Part shown: positions 62,003 to 64,000 of the stretch, one piece after another
Numbering within the stretch: the first letter of the stretch is position 1
Layout of the letters: each line of letters starts with the position of its first letter
The notes under the pieces: generated by a model
What the model saw: only the letters and a program-made list of their open reading frames with translations
Database searches by the model: none
What the model was told of the DNA's origin: nothing
Made by a program: the position numbers and the translations under genes
DNA from: an uncultured bacterium
GTDB taxonomy: Bacteria > Zixibacteria > MSB-5A5 > GN15 > FEB-12
Reading direction: 5' to 3'
NCBI GenBank assembly: GCA_965372795.1
Contig: CBDVDR010000006.1
Coordinates: forward strand, 97,076-161,075
Length of the DNA stretch: 64,000 nt

Positions 62003-63278
62003 AATTTACTCTATATTATTACTGATTTTAGCTACGGCCACGGTTGCCCATGACTATGTCCCGGGAGTTGACCAGGATCATCCAATCCTCCTAAAAGGTG
62101 GCAATTTATATACTGTCAGTGATGGAATATTAAATGGATATGATCTCCTGTTTGAAAATGGCAAAATATCACAAATTGGTCAAAACATAGTTGCTCCTGA
62201 AAATTCCGAGATCATTGACGTTTCCGGCAAAAATGTTTACCCCGGTCTTATCTCGGCGAACTCTTCGATTGGTCTAATTGAAATCGGAGCTGTTGATGCT
62301 ACTAATGACATCGCTGAAAAGGGGAAAAATAACGCTGATGTTCAGTCTCATATTGCTTACAATCCCGACTCAGAGATAATCCCTTCTGTCAGATCCAACG
62401 GAATTACTACCGCCCTGATAGTTCCCGGTGGAAGACTAATAAAGGGTCAATCAAGTTTGATCAATTTAGATGGCTGGACAAAAGAAGATGCTATGGAAAA
62501 GCAAAATGTTGGACTGCATGTCGGCTGTCCCGGTATGTCTATTATTTCTGCCTGGTGGATGGAAAAGACTCCCGAAGAACAGAAAAAAGAGCATGAAAAT
62601 AATATTAAAGCGATTTTTCAGCTTTTTGATGAAGCAAAAATCTATTTTGACGCCAAAAAAGCTGATCCAGCCATGAAAATAGACTCCCGTTGGGAAGCTA
62701 TGATCCCTGCCTTAAAAAAGGAAATGCCGGTATTTATCCATGCTTCCGATATCAGACAGATCAAACTTTCCGTGGCTTTATCAATAAAATATGACCTGGA
62801 TATTATAATTGTTGGCGGTAATGAAGCCTGGAAGGCTGCTGATCTGCTCAAAGAAAATAACATCCCGGTAATCCTAAATAGAACTCAAACCCGACCTATG
62901 CGCCAGGATGACGCCTACGATCAAAGCTACACTCAGCCTAAGCTTTTACTTGATGCTGGGATCAAATTCTGCCTCTCCTATGGCTCTGCCACCAGTGAGA
63001 GAAATCTGCCATTTCAGGCAGGACAGGCAGCAGCTTTTGGATTAACCAAAGAAGAAGCTTTACGCTCAATTACTCTTTCAGTAGCTGAAATTCTGGGAGT
63101 TGAGAAAGAACTGGGGTCGCTTGAAATTGGGAAAAAAGCAACGCTGATTGTTTCCGATGGGGATGTCCTGGACATGCTGGGAAACAACATTATTTTAGAA
63201 TTTATTAATGGTAAAATGGTCGATTTGAATAACAGACATAAAGAGCTTTACAATAAATATCGTCAGAAAAATTTGTAA
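61989..63278 (+). CDS. exported amidohydrolase-superfamily protein (metal ligands degenerate)
   Basis: YPGLISANS, GSLEIGKKATLIVSDGD; overlaps the upstream stop. Start moved to ATG 61989. Confidence 0.85.
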   Translation: MKIIKIYSILLLILATATVAHDYVPGVDQDHPILLKGGNLYTVSDGILNGYDLLFENGKISQIGQNIVAPENSEIIDVSGKNVYPGLISANSSIGLIEIGAVDATNDIAEKGKNNADVQSHIAYNPDSEIIPSVRSNGITTALIVPGGRLIKGQSSLINLDGWTKEDAMEKQNVGLHVGCPGMSIISAWWMEKTPEEQKKEHENNIKAIFQLFDEAKIYFDAKKADPAMKIDSRWEAMIPALKKEMPVFIHASDIRQIKLSVALSIKYDLDIIIVGGNEAWKAADLLKENNIPVILNRTQTRPMRQDDAYDQSYTQPKLLLDAGIKFCLSYGSATSERNLPFQAGQAAAFGLTKEEALRSITLSVAEILGVEKELGSLEIGKKATLIVSDGDVLDMLGNNIILEFINGKMVDLNNRHKELYNKYRQKNL

Positions 63279-63298
63279 TATAGCTCCGAATTATTATC

Positions 63299-63328
63299 AA
63301 AACCCGCCTGATTTTCAAGCGGGTTTTT
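63299..63328 (+). terminator. intrinsic terminator
   Basis: AAAACCCGCCTGA-TTT-TCAAGCGGGTTTTT. Confidence 0.8.
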
Positions 63329-63587
63329 CTATATCTCATCGTTTAATATTGCAATGTAATGCATACTAATATTCTTCAATACATAGTAATTTTAAAGTTT
63401 CATCATTTTAAAATCCTCTTAATTTAGGAAAATTATCATTAATATAATTGAACATTTCACTAAAATTCTCTCTTGATTTTTTGTGAATTTCGAAGATTTA
63501 CTATCTGTATATTTTTAGTATTAATGAAATCGACACCTCATTATCACTTAATGACAATTCGATTTCTAATTTTACGCACGCTTCTCT

Positions 63588-63715
63588 TTGTGATTATTTT
63601 CACGTATTCATGAACATTTCATTCCACCGTACATATATCTTATTTTCCATTATCAACAATATTTAATAACTGATAAATCATTCTACCGATTGATATATTG
63701 TGATTATTTTCACGT
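63588..63715. repeat. two identical 18-bp CRP/Rex-like boxes
   Basis: TTGTGATTATTTTCACGT at 63588-63605 and 63698-63715. Confidence 0.6.
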
Positions 63716-63927
63716 TATGTTCGTTCCAGGCTATGTTTACTCCCGTAATTTATATAACGATATTGCCAGATTCTCTCGTATCTTTCTCAAATAATGAATC
63801 GATCAAATATAGATTTACATTCAATAATTCAACCCTTTCAAGATTATTATCACAAGATTATTGGAGCTTATTTCTAACCTCAGAAACTTCAATTTAAAGC
63901 CTCTCGGATAGTATTTATAGTCAATTA

Positions 63928-64000
63928 TTAGCCATTATTATCCTCCTTATTTTCTCTTATATTGTAACTACTTGTTGTCGTATTTGCGGTTTTATTGATT
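63928..64000 (-). CDS. possible 3' end of a gene entering from beyond the window
   Basis: Open frame INKTANTTTSSYNIRENKEDNNG* ending in TAA at 63928; too short to verify. Confidence 0.3.
   Translation of the reverse strand, partial: INKTANTTTSSYNIRENKEDNNG

Noticed and set aside
2271..62863. Numerous short antisense or alternate-frame ORFs in the track (e.g. 21248..21709, 40928..41398, 49579..49959)
   Set aside because: They are shadows of well-supported genes, with no motifs or translation signals.
63700..63897. 65-aa ORF
   Set aside because: GTG start lies inside the repeat box, there is no SD, and the sequence has no recognisable features.
63921..63948. Minus-strand AAGGAGG-ATG GCT AAT AAT TGA as another Sec readthrough
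   Set aside because: A TAA follows two codons after the TGA, so there is no extended frame and no Cys homolog.

Overview
AT-rich bacterial chromosomal window read with the standard code 11. Gene content suggests an FCB-group diderm, probably candidate phylum Zixibacteria (inference): PorV/PorQ-like barrel, T9SS-type C-terminal domains, GWxTD proteins, and Cys-bracketed dockerin-like tails. I found no rRNA, tRNA, CRISPR or transposase. The window is dominated by envelope and exported proteins, peptidases (M14-like, C1B, S9, M16, amidohydrolases), two ABC systems, an ECF sigma/anti-sigma pair and a K+-dependent, probably Na+-pumping, pyrophosphatase. The main observation is that the ORF track splits one gene, 15491..16216, at an in-frame TGA (15683-15685). 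This TGA aligns with the first Cys of the CxC motif of the adjacent DUF1573-like paralog and is followed 13 nt later by a SECIS-like hairpin, making it a candidate exported selenoprotein with a U-G-C motif. Other leads: four aligned ECF-type promoters, one driving a yknWXYZ-like efflux operon; a GC-rich orphan hairpin with C-rich loops (candidate sRNA); dense Bacteroidota-type D-(S/T)-x O-glycosylation sequons; a dockerin-like tag shared by unrelated secreted proteins; and a TonB receptor + CTD protein + PorV-like triad. Family calls are from motif recognition only; no searches were run.
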